A stretch of 64,000 bases of DNA from Macrostomum hystrix (Eukaryota; Animalia; Platyhelminthes): the NCBI GenBank assembly GCA_950097015.1, contig CATNEN010000038.1, positions 28,830,001 through 28,894,000 on the forward strand, read 5' to 3'. The position numbers were made by a program, and so were the translations under genes. The notes beneath the pieces are model-generated. The model ran no database searches. It saw only the letters and a program-made list of their open reading frames with translations, and was not told where the DNA came from. The first letter of the stretch is position 1. Each line of letters begins with the position of its first letter. Positions 13,656 through 27,300 of the stretch are shown in pieces.

Positions 13656-15383
13656 ATAAAGATAGATATTACTACTTACTAAATCTTTGTTAAATATTAT
13701 TTTTTCCACCCGTTGTGTTTCCAGGAAAGAAATTTATTTTTTAACATTGCCTGAAAACTTTTTGCCAGTGACTGTTCAACGAAACTGGTCAATTGCTGGC
13801 GAGGCACTTCTGTTGCTTCGACTGATTAGAATCTTCGGTCTCTGCAGAAGCGTACTTATCCAGGGCTTGATTCGCAGTATGAATGTTTTTAGTCAACCAA
13901 TGATACACGTTGAGGGTCAAAGAGCTGAGCCTAATTGAAAATCGCGAGACACCGATTTTGATCGCTTGAAAAGCTTTCAATACCTCACGATCGGCGAGTG
14001 AAAAAGCTGGCTAGTTAAAATACGTTCCACAACAAGAGTAACCTCACAAAAATCAATTTTCCTTTTTTCCTAAAATCCGTGTTTTTACCCCGTGTCGTTT
14101 CGACCCCGAATAGTTACTAACCGGTTTTAGTATTGGCAAATCTATGTGGGGTTGGAACCTACAGCTAGGCTCGCTTAGTCTCACCCGGACTCAATATCCG
14201 CCCGCATCAGCCTGCTCCGATACCCTTTCGCTGCGTGGCGAGTTTAGTTAAATCAATTTCCTCTCTGAGCTGCAGCTACTTGGTTGGAGCAACAATTCGT
14301 GTGCCGTATTAATTCCTGTCTAGATTTTACTCTATTCTCTTCCGTCCGTCCATTTTTATAGTTTTTTAAGTTCTTTTGCATTCCAATAAAATCTTAAGCC
14401 TTTTATTTCGCGTCATATTGGGGAGACAAAGTTATTACGAATTTCGCAAAAACTAACTAACTTTAAAAGCCACTTTAAAAATCGCAGAACCTAAAGGGTC
14501 TTCAAAAAATTATTGATTGAACATTCAAAATTAAAGAACAAAATTTGCTGTGGGTCAAGGCATTTGTAAAAAATTGTCTTTTGTGACTTTTGTGACTACC
14601 GTAATTTCGTACTTTATTTTTTTGCGATCGACTAAAGTGCGTATGTCAGTTTGATTATTCGCTTTCAGTACGCTTAAACCAAACCAGTTAGAAGCAGCTA
14701 AACAAAAAATAAAAAAACTGAATGTGTCAGGTTTTAACTCTCATAAACAGCAAATGTACTTTAGGAATGCAATTTTAAATTAAACGATTTAATGTCATGC
14801 CGAAAACTGATTCGTTTTACTCGAACTAAATAAAGAAAGAAAAAAATTCCAAGGCATTAAAATTCAACAGACAATGCTCAAGATTAAGGAATCAGCATGG
14901 GCTAGAGCTTCAATGACTAGTGGCTCAGCGGAATGGACGAGACTGGCCCTACAAACGCTCAGTATGGCTGAGCGCTGGTAGACACAGCACGTAGGCCAAT
15001 AGCTGTTAGGGAATTGGGAGAGAAACCGAGACGGGACAGGGGGAGGGTCGTCTCGCCCCACCGACGCCTACGGGAGAAACCAGCGAAGAGGATTTGCGGT
15101 TGGCGGGGCCACAAGCTACTGGAGGTTAAGTACTGCCCGCTGTTTGTTGCGACTAACCCAAGGAAGGACGCTGTAAAATATCCTGAGGAAAAGTATAGAA
15201 ATAGTGGCAGACACCGGAGAATATTGCAGAGGCTAAATACAACAAAAAGCGAACTAACACACTAGAGAAGTATTCCAAAGCTCGGCAGGCATGGAGTAGT
15301 ACTTATAACTACATGCGTTTGTGGCCAACTTCTGTTTACAGCGGCTAGATATCACAGAGCTAACCTAGCTCAGCTCCAAAACA

Positions 15384-18300
15384 ATGGCCGATGCAGACAA
15401 CCGAGTGATTCTTAACGTAGGCGGCATCCGTCACGAGACGTACAAGGCAACTTTGAAGAAGATTCCAGCAACGCGATTATCCCGACTGACTGAAGCATTG
15501 GCCAACTATGATCCCATCCTGAATGAGTACTTCTTCGACAGACACCCGGGTGTGTTCGCCCAGATCCTCAATTATTATCGCACCGGTAAATTGCACTATC
15601 CAACAGACGTCTGCGGCCCACTGTTCGAAGAGGAGCTGGAGTTCTGGGGACTCGATAGCAACCAGGTGAGACTGAGATGCTTAAGTACAATGATTGGATG
15701 CTTGACAGAGCTAGATCATTTCCTCCGGTTTTTTATCGAATTAGTCTATGGCCTAATAATTGCGTCACGATTATTGCGAACCGCTTCAAAAATTGGCCAT
15801 AGACGAAGCCTTTGTGTTTGGCATAAGATCAGAAACTGTTTGAAAAAAAGATTAAAAAGGTAGTTTAAAAAACGAATTTCTGGGAAAAATCGGATAGTAA
15901 AAATATTTTTTCGAATGGATTGAAAGATATTTAAAAGCATCAGGTGGTTTTTTGGTTATGGTCTGTTAATTTCAGCAAATAAAGGAAAAATTAATTTGTT
16001 GACAGCTTTTGAAATCACTGAAATCACTTTTAATAAAAAAATTACTGTCTACTACCCATACCTGGATTGAAACGCGAACTGCTGTATAAGCAAATCAAAA
16101 AGCACTTCTGTTCTGCTTCTGAATAAAAAAACAAAATAATCACGAAAACCACACTAAAAGCTTGATTTTTTTTCTATTTTCGGTTCACAAGAGATAAATA
16201 CATAGGCTTACTAATTAATGAGCTGGGGAAACACTTAAACGACAGTCCCTGAGCTCGATTCGGGATTCAAGGCCAAACTAGTTTATGGCACAGGTACTCT
16301 GAGAAGACCTGGGATATTTCAGGCCCGAAACCAACGAGGCTCAGTGAGAGTGTACTCAGCATTACCTGTATAGCCTACTTGCTGGTTAATGGTTAACTAT
16401 CACAATTGATGCGTCAGTGTCAACAGGCGTCGGAACCAAAAAAGTATCTACTTTTTATTTAAACAAATGAAACATGCTGCTATAGACTGTTCTCTGGTTT
16501 GTGCAGTATTTAGTTTATTCACGGTGGGCATTGCTATAGAGCTTTCACTGCTGCGACCTTGCAGTTCGGCCTGAACCACCTCCATGCCAATATTGCCGCC
16601 AGAGCAGCTGTCTATTAGTCGGCTGTGCTCAGAGACCGATTCAGCTTTCAGACTAAATTGGGAAAGGAAATTCACTTGGAAGCGGTTTTGTCCCTGGCAG
16701 TGGCTGAGTAATGCTATGATGAATTTTGTCGGCTTTGTTCACTGCACAAAATGGCTACCCCAACCTACCAGCCAAGCTCACCAGTAACTAGCAGGCCGAC
16801 ATTTTTTGGTTGTAGTCGCAATGAAAATGGAGTCACGCAGAAATGAAAACCCAGCATTCAGCAGCAGCAGCAGCCGCCGCAGCAAAAGCAGAAGTCACAG
16901 AATTCCCCCAGTTTTTATTTTCTCTCTCACACCACCGCCCATAATGCACCCTGATGACTCCTGTGATATAAAAGAACTTTGTAGTTCGTAGTTCTATCGA
17001 ATTTCTATGTTTTGGTCTAAGACTTATTGTGATGAGGCTCCAACCCCTCCTTGACAATGTCGGTTATTTTAGTTCAGCGATAAGGCTCTCAGGTTTATCA
17101 GATAAGGCTCTCAGGTTTATCAGATGAGACCTTTAACAGATAAGGCTCTCAAGATTGTCAGATGAGGCTCTCAAGTTTAAAAGATGATACTCTCAATTTT
17201 AACAGATGAGGCTCTCAAGATTGTCTGATGAGGCTCTCAAATTCAAATGATGAGGCTCTTAAGTTAATCTGATGAGGCTCTCACGGTGATCAGATGAGGC
17301 TTTCAAGTTTACCAGATGAGGCTTTCAAGTTTATCGGATGAGGTTCTTAAGTTTACCAGATGAGGCTTTCAAGTTTATCGGATGAGGTTCTTAAGTTTAT
17401 CAGATGAGACGCTTTAGATTGTCAGATGAAGCCCTCAAGGTTGTAAGACTTTGTCAGACCTCAGATGAGGCTCTCAAGATTGTAAGGTGACGCTCCTAGG
17501 TGTATCAGATGTGGCGCTCAGGTTTGTCAAATGAGTCTCTAAGTTTTCAGGTGTCAGATGAGGCTCTCCCTAAATATTTTCACCTTAATTCGCGCTCACT
17601 TGATTCAAACGGCATTAAGCTAAATCATTTTTTGCCATAGCAGCATGTGTAGCTAAGACTCACATTTGTGAGCACAGGCCCTGCCCCTCAGAATCGGGTG
17701 AGAATGAGAAGAAATCAAAACTAGAAGAAGCTAATAAATTATTAGTCAGCGCCCAGTCGAACTGGGGGCTGGACGAAGGAAAAGTCGAAGCTGGGACTAG
17801 TAAAATGGAACGGGAATTTGGAAGCTTACCACGGGGAAGAAATATATAAAAATGTGATTTGAAGTGCACCACGAGAAATGTTTTGATATACGACGGGCAG
17901 GCAAAGTTTCTTGATGAATTTTTGAGAATGAATCGGCCAGCGCTTGGCCTCTCCAAGCCTTGTATCAACAGATGTTGCGGATGCATTGGCAAAGTGTAGA
18001 ATGGACAGTTATGCTGCATTATAAGCCCGCTAAGCTGTGGAGTTATACGTTAAATCAATTCTTCTATTAATCACCAGTTAATATTGAAATTTGGAAGAAA
18101 ATTATTAGATAAATATACTACATTAGCTAACAAATGTGTTTATTTTTTATTTAGAACTCTACTGTAATCAAATTCTCCATGACTTGCCGTACTTTCTTGA
18201 CTGTAACTACAGCATCTCTCTTCATGAGTGTCTGTAATTACAGCATCATTGTTAATCTCTCTTCATGAGTGTCTGTAATTACAGCATCATTGTTAATCTC

Positions 18301-21300
18301 TCTTCATGAGTGTCTGTAATTACAGCATCATTGTTAATCTCTCTTCATGAGTGTCTGTAATTACAGCATCATTGTTGTTATTTCTTCATGACAGTCTGTA
18401 ATTAGTGTCTGTAAAATTTTGTCAAATTGTAAAATTTTTAACATTTTTGTAAAATTTCTGTAAAGTTTTTTGCTAGTACCCAAAGCAGTTACTGTCACAC
18501 AGCCATGCTCAACCAGCTTTTCTAGCTGCCGTTAAGGTCCGCAAATATTGTAGTAGTTGAGCACATCCCATGCCGGAGGGTATTCTACTGTTCTCAAATT
18601 TCAGCAAATAATTATTTTTGTGTCTGCACAAGCTTCGCTGAGCTACGCCTGAAGGCATAGAAGTTATTTTTTAGTAGTTACTCGAAAAGTACTTTTCTAT
18701 TATATCAATTTTATGGAATCATTTTCTTATCTTTTGCAAATCAAGCAATTTTTCTTAATTATACAGATATTTAAATCTATTGTGTTGACTTTGTAATATA
18801 TAATTTTGGTATAGAGTATACTCAAATAGGAGTGTTTTGCAATTTTACAGTCATTGAGACTTAGATACTCAATTCCAGCTAGCATAATTAGTTTAATTGC
18901 TTTTTCAACCATTATTTGCTTAACTGATTGCCGCTGTTTCAATCAATTCCTAATTTGGACACTTCCATTGTCCCTTGGGGTATTAGGGCAGCTTAAGTTA
19001 AATCATTAGTGATTTAATAATCTTATACTAACAGAATCTCACGGGGGTCCGTGGCAGAGCGGTTATCGCGTTTGCCTCTCGCACCACGGTCCTTAAGTTC
19101 GATTCCACGGCGAGGCCACATTCATTTGGGGCGCAGCCGCGGAAAGAAGGCTTGAGGGCTTGTCGTCAAATTTACGCCCTTGAGGGCCAACCTCCAAGGC
19201 ACAGCGAAGTGTACACTGTCTGACAATGAGAAAGTCAGGGCAGATGTACACGCCTGTGTGAGCGTGTGCTCAGGAGTCAGCGAAATGGACAGAATTGCCT
19301 CCTCGCTGGCTGCGGGTCTAGTGTCACTAAATGATGTGCCATTGCCCGCAGCCCTCCTGCAATTATTATTTTTATATGAACAGAAGCTCACCTCCTGGCC
19401 TCGAGGAATTCCGTCCCAAAATTTCCCAAAAATCCCATTCTAAGAAGAAGCTCTCAGACAGAACACGGGCGCAAAAAAGTGAGCAGTCTATAGTTAAACA
19501 GCAACGCTAATCAAGCTAGCTTTCTGAGTCCATTGTCCTGAGCTGTCTTTACAGGATTTGGTGATGAGAATTTCACTTGTAGATAGACCAGAGTGTCCAC
19601 GCCTTCTCCAGCTACTATTGGACCTACTTTTAAGGCGTTCCTACACCTTAAGGCCTTCCTACACCTTAAGGCCTTCCTACACCTTAAGGCCTTCCAGATG
19701 TTAAATTATTACTGCAATAGCCGCTGGTCCCTCCTACCTGAGGTGCCTAAAAGTGTAGGTAGGAGGGAGCGGGGTTGATGCAGCATTGAGAGGCTGACCA
19801 ACAATAGGATGAGAACACTAGAGAGCTGTCTCGTGCCCATTGATTGTCTCCCACATTATTTTTTCGCTGTCTGCTAAGCAGCCCACCCATTCACGTTGAC
19901 CAATCGATATCAAACATCATTGATTAACAATGGCATTGTAGACTATGGAGGAATTGGTGGGATGTTTCTGCCATAGACAGTTGCGTTTTTTAACGCTCGT
20001 CTGATAAAAGAGCTCTAGAAGAAAATATGGTAGAGTAAATTCAATTTGCTTTTTCGAATTATTTTCGGATGAATTAAACGTTTTTTTGCCATGGACAACC
20101 CTATCAAATCCAATGTGCCATTGATGTCTTATATTGCAACTCTAGAAATGAATGTTACCACACTGCTGTTCTGTACTTACAAGTACATTTGACATTACAA
20201 TTCTGTTATCATATCAGAAGCATGGAATCTTAAATCCATTTAGGAAAATGTAATAATGATTCATAACTTTGGTATCTGCGTTGGACACCTGGAAAGATCG
20301 TTCATTTACATACATATAGAAAGGGGTTTGCTGTATGACATTTCCAAGTTTTGAACGCTGACATTTTGAAGTGCTTATTTTGGGAGCAATTATTTATAAA
20401 AAAAACAGATCGCTATAGAAAGTGTGGGTAAAAGGTAGTGCCTGCATGCGTTTGGGCTGATACAAAATGAAATCCCCAAAAAATTAATATTTCCAGCAGG
20501 GCAGTGACCACTGGCGCATCATTTGGTGACACTAGAACCGCAGCCAGCGAGGAGGCAATTCTGTCCATTCCTCTGATTCCCGAGCACACAGTACACACTC
20601 ACACAGGTGTGTACATCTACAGTGTACACTCTCACTGTGCCTTGGAGGTTGGCCCTCAATGGCGTAAATTGTACGACAGGCCCCCAAGCCTTCTCTCCGC
20701 GGCTGCGCCCCAAATAAATGTGGCCTCGCCGCGGAATCGAGCTCAGGGACCTTGGTGCGAGAGGCAAACGCGTTAACCGCTCTGGCACGAACCCCAAAGT
20801 TTAAAGTCAACATAACATATCTGATTGTACATCTATAAAATTTTTGTCCAATAATGTTAAAAGATAATGAAATGCTTGATAAGCTTTTATCATAGTTTCG
20901 TGACCGATTTTCTACCAGGGTAGCCAAGACTGTCAGATGCCTGTCATCTCAATTGTCATCATTAATTAATCGGTAAGCATTAACTATTTACCCATTGCTA
21001 AGTTGGGTGCCTGATTTACCTCCTGCCAGTTAACTTAACTTCTTTGAGTCACGCGCAGATGATGTTGGTTTCAGCAATGTCTATATCTCTGATATGTACA
21101 TTTATATCCTTACAACCCTCACTGACCTCCAAAGTACTGCTTCCTTGCGCTTACTAGCTAGACAGTGCGAAATACAGTTCGTACTGACCAACGAAATTTT
21201 CATGTTTAAAAAGGCCCAAGCTTCACTAAAAATTTCGGTTGAGCTGGTTCTGAAAGCCGGCGTAGATAAATAGCAGTAAAATGTAGGATTATGAATTGGG

Positions 21301-24300
21301 ACTGTAGCCTTCGTGGTTAGTGTGTCGGTCTGTTGACTTAAAGGTCATCGGTTCGATTCCTGACTCCACTGGAATAATTTGTATTATTTAGTTCAATCAG
21401 CTGTGAAGTGGGTACAAGCATTAGCTGGGGGGTAATTAGGGTTCGGTTTGTCGAAAGCCCAGTCCATGGACTGGACAGCCGTACGCAGCCGCTGACTCCT
21501 GAGCACACACGCACACAGATACCGTTCGCAAGCACACGCACACACAGGTGTGTACATCTGCCCTGACTTTCTCATTGTAAGGTAGTGTGCGCTTTCACTG
21601 TGCATTGCAGGTTGGCCCTCAAGGGCGAAACTTTCCCTACAAGCCCCAAGTCCAAAATGAATGCGGCATAGCAACGGAATCGAGCTCAGGGACCTTGATG
21701 CGAGGGGCAAATGCGTTAGACCGCTCAGCCACCCACCCCCTGGACATTCCATTATCTAATGGTATGGTATGGTTACGTTAATTAACTGAGTAACCTTGAC
21801 TCTCAAAACCCTGATTAATTCGTTTGCCTCTCTCAAGCTTCATCAACTAAACGAATGGCGAGAGAGCGATTGAGACAAGTATGAGTGGAGCAGACACTAA
21901 ATTGGCTCTTGTTACAGTTGGCCAAGTGCTGGCGATAATTTCATCGGCTTGATGTTTATGAAAAGGTCGCTTTAGATGCCAATTAGATGCCGTCTGATCA
22001 GGTAAGAGAGTGAGCCATGGTGATAGAGACGCAGACTACCGGATAAAAAGCTTCGCAGTTACCCCACCGGTATGAAATAATTGATTGAATGTCGCCAATC
22101 AATTAGCCTTACTGTTACCAAAGAGATTTGAACAAAAATAGTTCTGAAAAAAGCAATGTGAATTGCTTTTCCACGAACCTGCCAAAAATAGCTGCATAGA
22201 GACAGTTAAACAAATTCGCTTCATATACAACGTATGCAACTATTGTCACTCTTGTTCATTCTGCCAGCGATGCGTTCTGGAATATTCTGACCTTTCAGTA
22301 TTTTTTCTAGCTAAGTTTTGCGTTTCCAGTAGCCTGCCAGGGCACAGAAAGAATCGGCAGGTGCTTCTGGTACCTGGGCATTAAGTACAACAGTCTAACC
22401 TGCACCTTCTCTATACAAGCCTTGACCGGGATTAGGGGAGAAATGAATCCCTAGTCTTAATCTATCAAAACAATGCTTCGACGAAGCCAATGTTCGGGAC
22501 AGGGTTTTTCACCCTGCACAACCAGCAATGGCGGCAGGAGCCCACTTTTGGGACAGGGGTATATACCTTCAAAGCGGATCTTCGCCAATTGGCCTTTAAA
22601 ACATACGGACAGACAGTCAAAGCCAGATAAAAAACGAGTGAGGAAAAATCAGTTCAGAGATGAATTCCTAGAAATAAAAGCAACAAGTTAGTCAGGCTGT
22701 GCGAACACCCGATAAAAACGAGTGTCGCGATAGTCTACCCTTAGTTCATTCGTTCGTGTGTACTTCTAGGACCAATTAAATGAACCTTATAGTTTCTAGT
22801 TTATAGATAAAACGCAACCAATTTAACCAATTATGACTAAAAAAAGATAGCTAATTCGAGAAAAATAGCAACATTATCGAACCCCTGAATTAACATGCAA
22901 CCATGTTCAGCAAAAAAACGGACGGACTTAATTCTCAATATGAGAGTTTAAATGACACACTTTTGCTTCTTGTTCAATGGAGGCAAGCAGCTACATTTCG
23001 CTACTATATACGAGCCGTAGATTAAACTAAACTTGTACTCAAAAATAGATTTTTAGGCCAATTATGGTTCCCACAATTCTCAGATTTATCCTTATCTAGA
23101 GCACAAATCTTTTAAACAGGAAATACACTGGCTTTAGGACTGACTATGCTCAATTCAAATGAAATTAATGAATGAGTAGAAAAGCTTTGGGTGGGTTAGT
23201 GAGTGTATACATGGCCGTAAACTGCTCAGTCCCAGAACTGCTCATTGAACTGGCCTAGTCCTGGATCTGGGCTCTAATACTTCGCCATTACTGCCAGTAA
23301 ATTATTTAAACAGCTCAAGCCAGAGTTCAGGAATCCTGGTCTACTCTCTCCATTTCTCTCACTCTGCCTTTAATAAGGAGTGAGTAATTCTGCTACTCGA
23401 GATGCAAAAAGCAACGCTTATAGCGGCTTTGTTTATTCCACCGCCTCCAGCGAGACATGGCTGTTTTTCCCCCATCTTCAATATGCCTGTTTAATGAAAA
23501 AATAAACATACGAGTGTGTTTGCTACTTCGAAAATGTTATACCCCTCCCCCTATGCATTCGTGTTTCCGATATCTAGGTTAACAGTGCGAGCACCTACAG
23601 TCCACACAAATATTTGGCTGGAGGTAGGCTATGAGGCTATGATATTTGGGGATTACGAGATGCTAAAGGGTCGCAGGTAGCAACAACAGCGTTTTTAACT
23701 GCGAATTTGCTATTAGTGAAATGTATTAAAAATGTATGCTATTTACTATGGAGCAGATTAAGTGGTCACTAATGGTACACGATCGCAATCGAAAACACCG
23801 GCAAAGTACTGCCTTCGAGAGGAAAAACTTGCTTATTTCACTGCGTACGACATACTGTGTACTTACTGTTCTATGTGAAAAATTCAGTTGGTTTATCACA
23901 CTGTCACACGGTAAGCTAGCCTATTATGAATTACAGACTGACTGAGAAAACATTTCGATTTTGTCACGTCCGATCTGATATGGCTTGTCTCATATCGCTT
24001 CGCTATTGATATGACAACATTTAAAATAGTTCATGCTTGACGATAGCATTTGACAGCCAAGCAAACTGATCGTTCGTCCATCACATCTTTGTTGTTTTTC
24101 TGCCTAAGATTGCCACTCGAAACGACTTAATGGCATGTGGAACTCGAGGTCTCTGCCAGAGCAAATAATTTAAAATCCGCCTTTGCTTTTAACTGCTCTG
24201 TGCCCCACAAGTTGCGAACCCCCGAGAACTCTGTGAGAACTAAACCGTTGGGTGCTTGCATTGCTTCGACATCTCCGCTACCCGCCTCAACGCCATGTCG

Positions 24301-27300
24301 TCGTCTCGCTGTCTGGCAAGTTGGGGCTAAAATATTTTCAGTTCACTTCTGAGCCGAGACGCTGAAAATTTCAAGACTACTCCCGTGTCCTCACTCCGAC
24401 ATACCCGACTTTAAACGAGCAGAGTTGGAGAAATGAAAATGTCAATAGAAAAGAAAAGTGCCTGGTGGTGAGGCCAGAGCCTGCCCACACCCACTCCCCC
24501 TAATCGCCAGTGTATGGCTGGGGCAAAGTATGCGTTGACTCGACTTTGCATGTTGACGACTGGGGCCGCATCACGCCCTCCGGTGGGATTAGAATCGCCA
24601 CGTGTAGCTTGCTCACCCACACACACACAGGCGAACTCCTGTTAAGAGGAGAATGAGGTTCTCGAGGCCAAATTAGAACCGGAGCAGTTTGAAGCAGAAG
24701 AGTGAGAGATGGCAATGCGGAATTCTCGCGGCTATTTACGGGTCCGCCGTTTGGCCCCCTATTCCGGTGGCTCATTGCTCACTTGTTTTCTACAGCCTTC
24801 GCTCCGTCCTACTTCCTCTCCTCTCCGCGCCAGTCCCATCGAGTGATCGCTCCAGGCGGTGTTGGCCGCGATCCTGGCTGCCGCTGAGAGAAAATTGCTG
24901 TTCTATGCGACGCCCTAGGCCTCTCATATTGCCATTAATTCCTAATCCAAACGGCTCATACTCCCTCAGGCAGTTAATAGTGTCAAGTGACTCTTTTTTC
25001 AAGCCTTCCTAGCTAAAAAAATTATTAGCTTTTGTAAGCGGTGTGGATTCTAGCTGTCTCTCTTGAACAGCAAGATTAGCGAGAAAGGCAAATAATTTAA
25101 TAGGCACAATTTACAGCTCTTGAAAGAATTTAAAATTGTCTTCTTCTAGCACATGCTCTGTCGATTATACTATTTAGTCCGTTTATTATGAGTTAGGAAT
25201 GGGATCCAGATGGCTAATTAACTAATAGTCTTGAACGCTTGCTACTAGAATAATCTTTGTCTTTAGGCAGATCAATTTTGAGCAGAGCTCAATTCCGCGG
25301 CTCTCCCGGGTGGATTTTGACGGCGTAGAATTTTCTCTCGCTAGCTTCGGGCCGACGTCACAATACGTCATCACACAACGCCTCATCTTCCGCAGGTGGA
25401 GCCGTGTTGCTGGATGACTTACACCTCACATCGCGAGACTCAAGAGACTCTGACGATTCTCGACCAGCTGGATCTCGACACAGACAAGTTGGCACCCGAA
25501 GATTTGTACAAAAAGTTTGGCCTAGAGAACCAATATGAGAACAACGAGCTCAACCCGTGGCAGAAGGTGAAGCCGAAACTATGGGCACTCTTTGACGAAC
25601 CTTACTCATCAGCTGCTGCAAAGGTAAATTCCAAACTTGAATACGGGACAATTCCATCGGATCTGGGATCCATCGGATCTGGGATCCATCGGATCTGGGA
25701 TCCATCGGATCTGGGATCCATCGGATCTGGGATCCATCGGATCTGGGATCCATCGGATCTGGGATCCATCGGATCTGGGATCCATCGGATCTGGGATCCA
25801 TCGGATCTGGGATCCATCGGATCTGGGATCCATCGGATCTGGGATCCATCGGATCTGGGATCCATCGGATCTGGGATCCATCGGATCTGGGATCCATCGG
25901 ATCTGGGATCCATCGGATCTGGGATCCATCGGATCTGGGATCCATCGGATCTGGGATCCATCGGATCTGGGATCCATCGGATCTGGGATCCATCGGATCT
26001 GGGATCCATCGGATCTGGGATCCATCGGATCTGGGATCCATCGGATCTGGGATCCATCGGATCTGGGATCCATCGGATCTGGGATCCATCGGATCTGGGA
26101 TCCATCGGATCTGGGATCCATCGGATCTGGGATCCATCGGATCTGGGATCCATCGGATCTGGGATCCATCGGATCTGGGATCCATCGGATCCATCGAAAC
26201 AGCGTGATCATTTCGCCCGCAGATTGTGGCCGTAGTGTCAGTCTTCTTCATCGTAATCAGCATATTATCCTTCTGCCTAAAGACATTCCCTGGTCTCAGA
26301 GTTCCCATAATCACCAATGAAACAGTGCTGTTCAGTGATGGTACCAACAATACTTACGCTTTGTTTAAAAAGCGCTCGGAGCCTCACTCAGCATTTTTTT
26401 ACATCGAATGCGCCTGCAACTCCTGGTTCACATTTGAGATTGTGACCAGGTTTTCTGTCACACCAAATAAGTTCGAATTTCTCAAGTCGCCAGTTAACAT
26501 CATAGACTTCATTGCTACACTATCATTCTACATGGATCTAGTGTTGAACCAATCCATATCGGATGCTGAGGCCAATTATGAGGTGCTGGAGTTCTTCAGC
26601 ATCATTCGCATTATGCGACTTTTCAAGCTGACCAGGTAATTGGATTCGATAATTAATAACCGTCTGTGTTTGTATCGTTTAACAGTAAAAATACCACGCT
26701 ATTTTCCCCCCTGGGAAAAGTAAGTCTATAATGATGGTTTTTGCCGCGAGACACCCCGACGAGAATAGTCATTTTGTTTTAGATGTTATGTTATTCTGGA
26801 AGTTGTTTCATCGGATAGAGCTCATTTATCTAGATAATTGTAGCTTGTTCTCTAGATTTTCATAGAGATTGGTTGAACAGTTTAGGAGATGCAAAAAAAA
26901 TTGGGAATTTGAAATACTCCATGGTCTTTCTTCACTTAAACTAGCGAGTCTTAATCGCACCCTTGTTTCGGCTTGCAGGCACATCGCCGGACTAAAGATT
27001 CTCATTCACACATTCAAAGCCTCGGCGAAAGAGCTCCTGTTGCTAGTATTTTTCCTGATTGTGTTCATTGTGGTGTTCGCGGCGTTGATCTACTACGCCG
27101 AGAGGATTCAATACAATCCGGACAATTCATTCGATTCCATACCGATTGGTCTGTGGTGGGCCATCGTCACCATGACAACGGTTGGCTACGGCGACATGGC
27201 GCCTAAAACATATGCAGGTAAATTGTTTATTATTATTGATTAAACTTATTGAATACTGCCTTACGAATGAGGTGACGTCACACTCAGCCTCAATTAGCTC

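Noticed and set aside
12384-13980. Short ORFs between the WDR49-like gene and Shaw
   Set aside because: No recognisable domains or consistent exon chain; more likely promoter, UTR or non-coding sequence.
22473-22691. 72-aa ATG ORF in Shaw intron 1 as an alternative first exon
   Set aside because: Its possible donor is phase 1 while Shaw exon 2 is phase 0, and no homology was recognised.
25550-26350. Long overlapping ORFs with [13 protein letters not shown] / MDPRSDGSQ repeats
   Set aside because: The 16-bp repeat has no stop codon in any frame and lies between a GT donor (25624) and an AG acceptor (26222) of Shaw.
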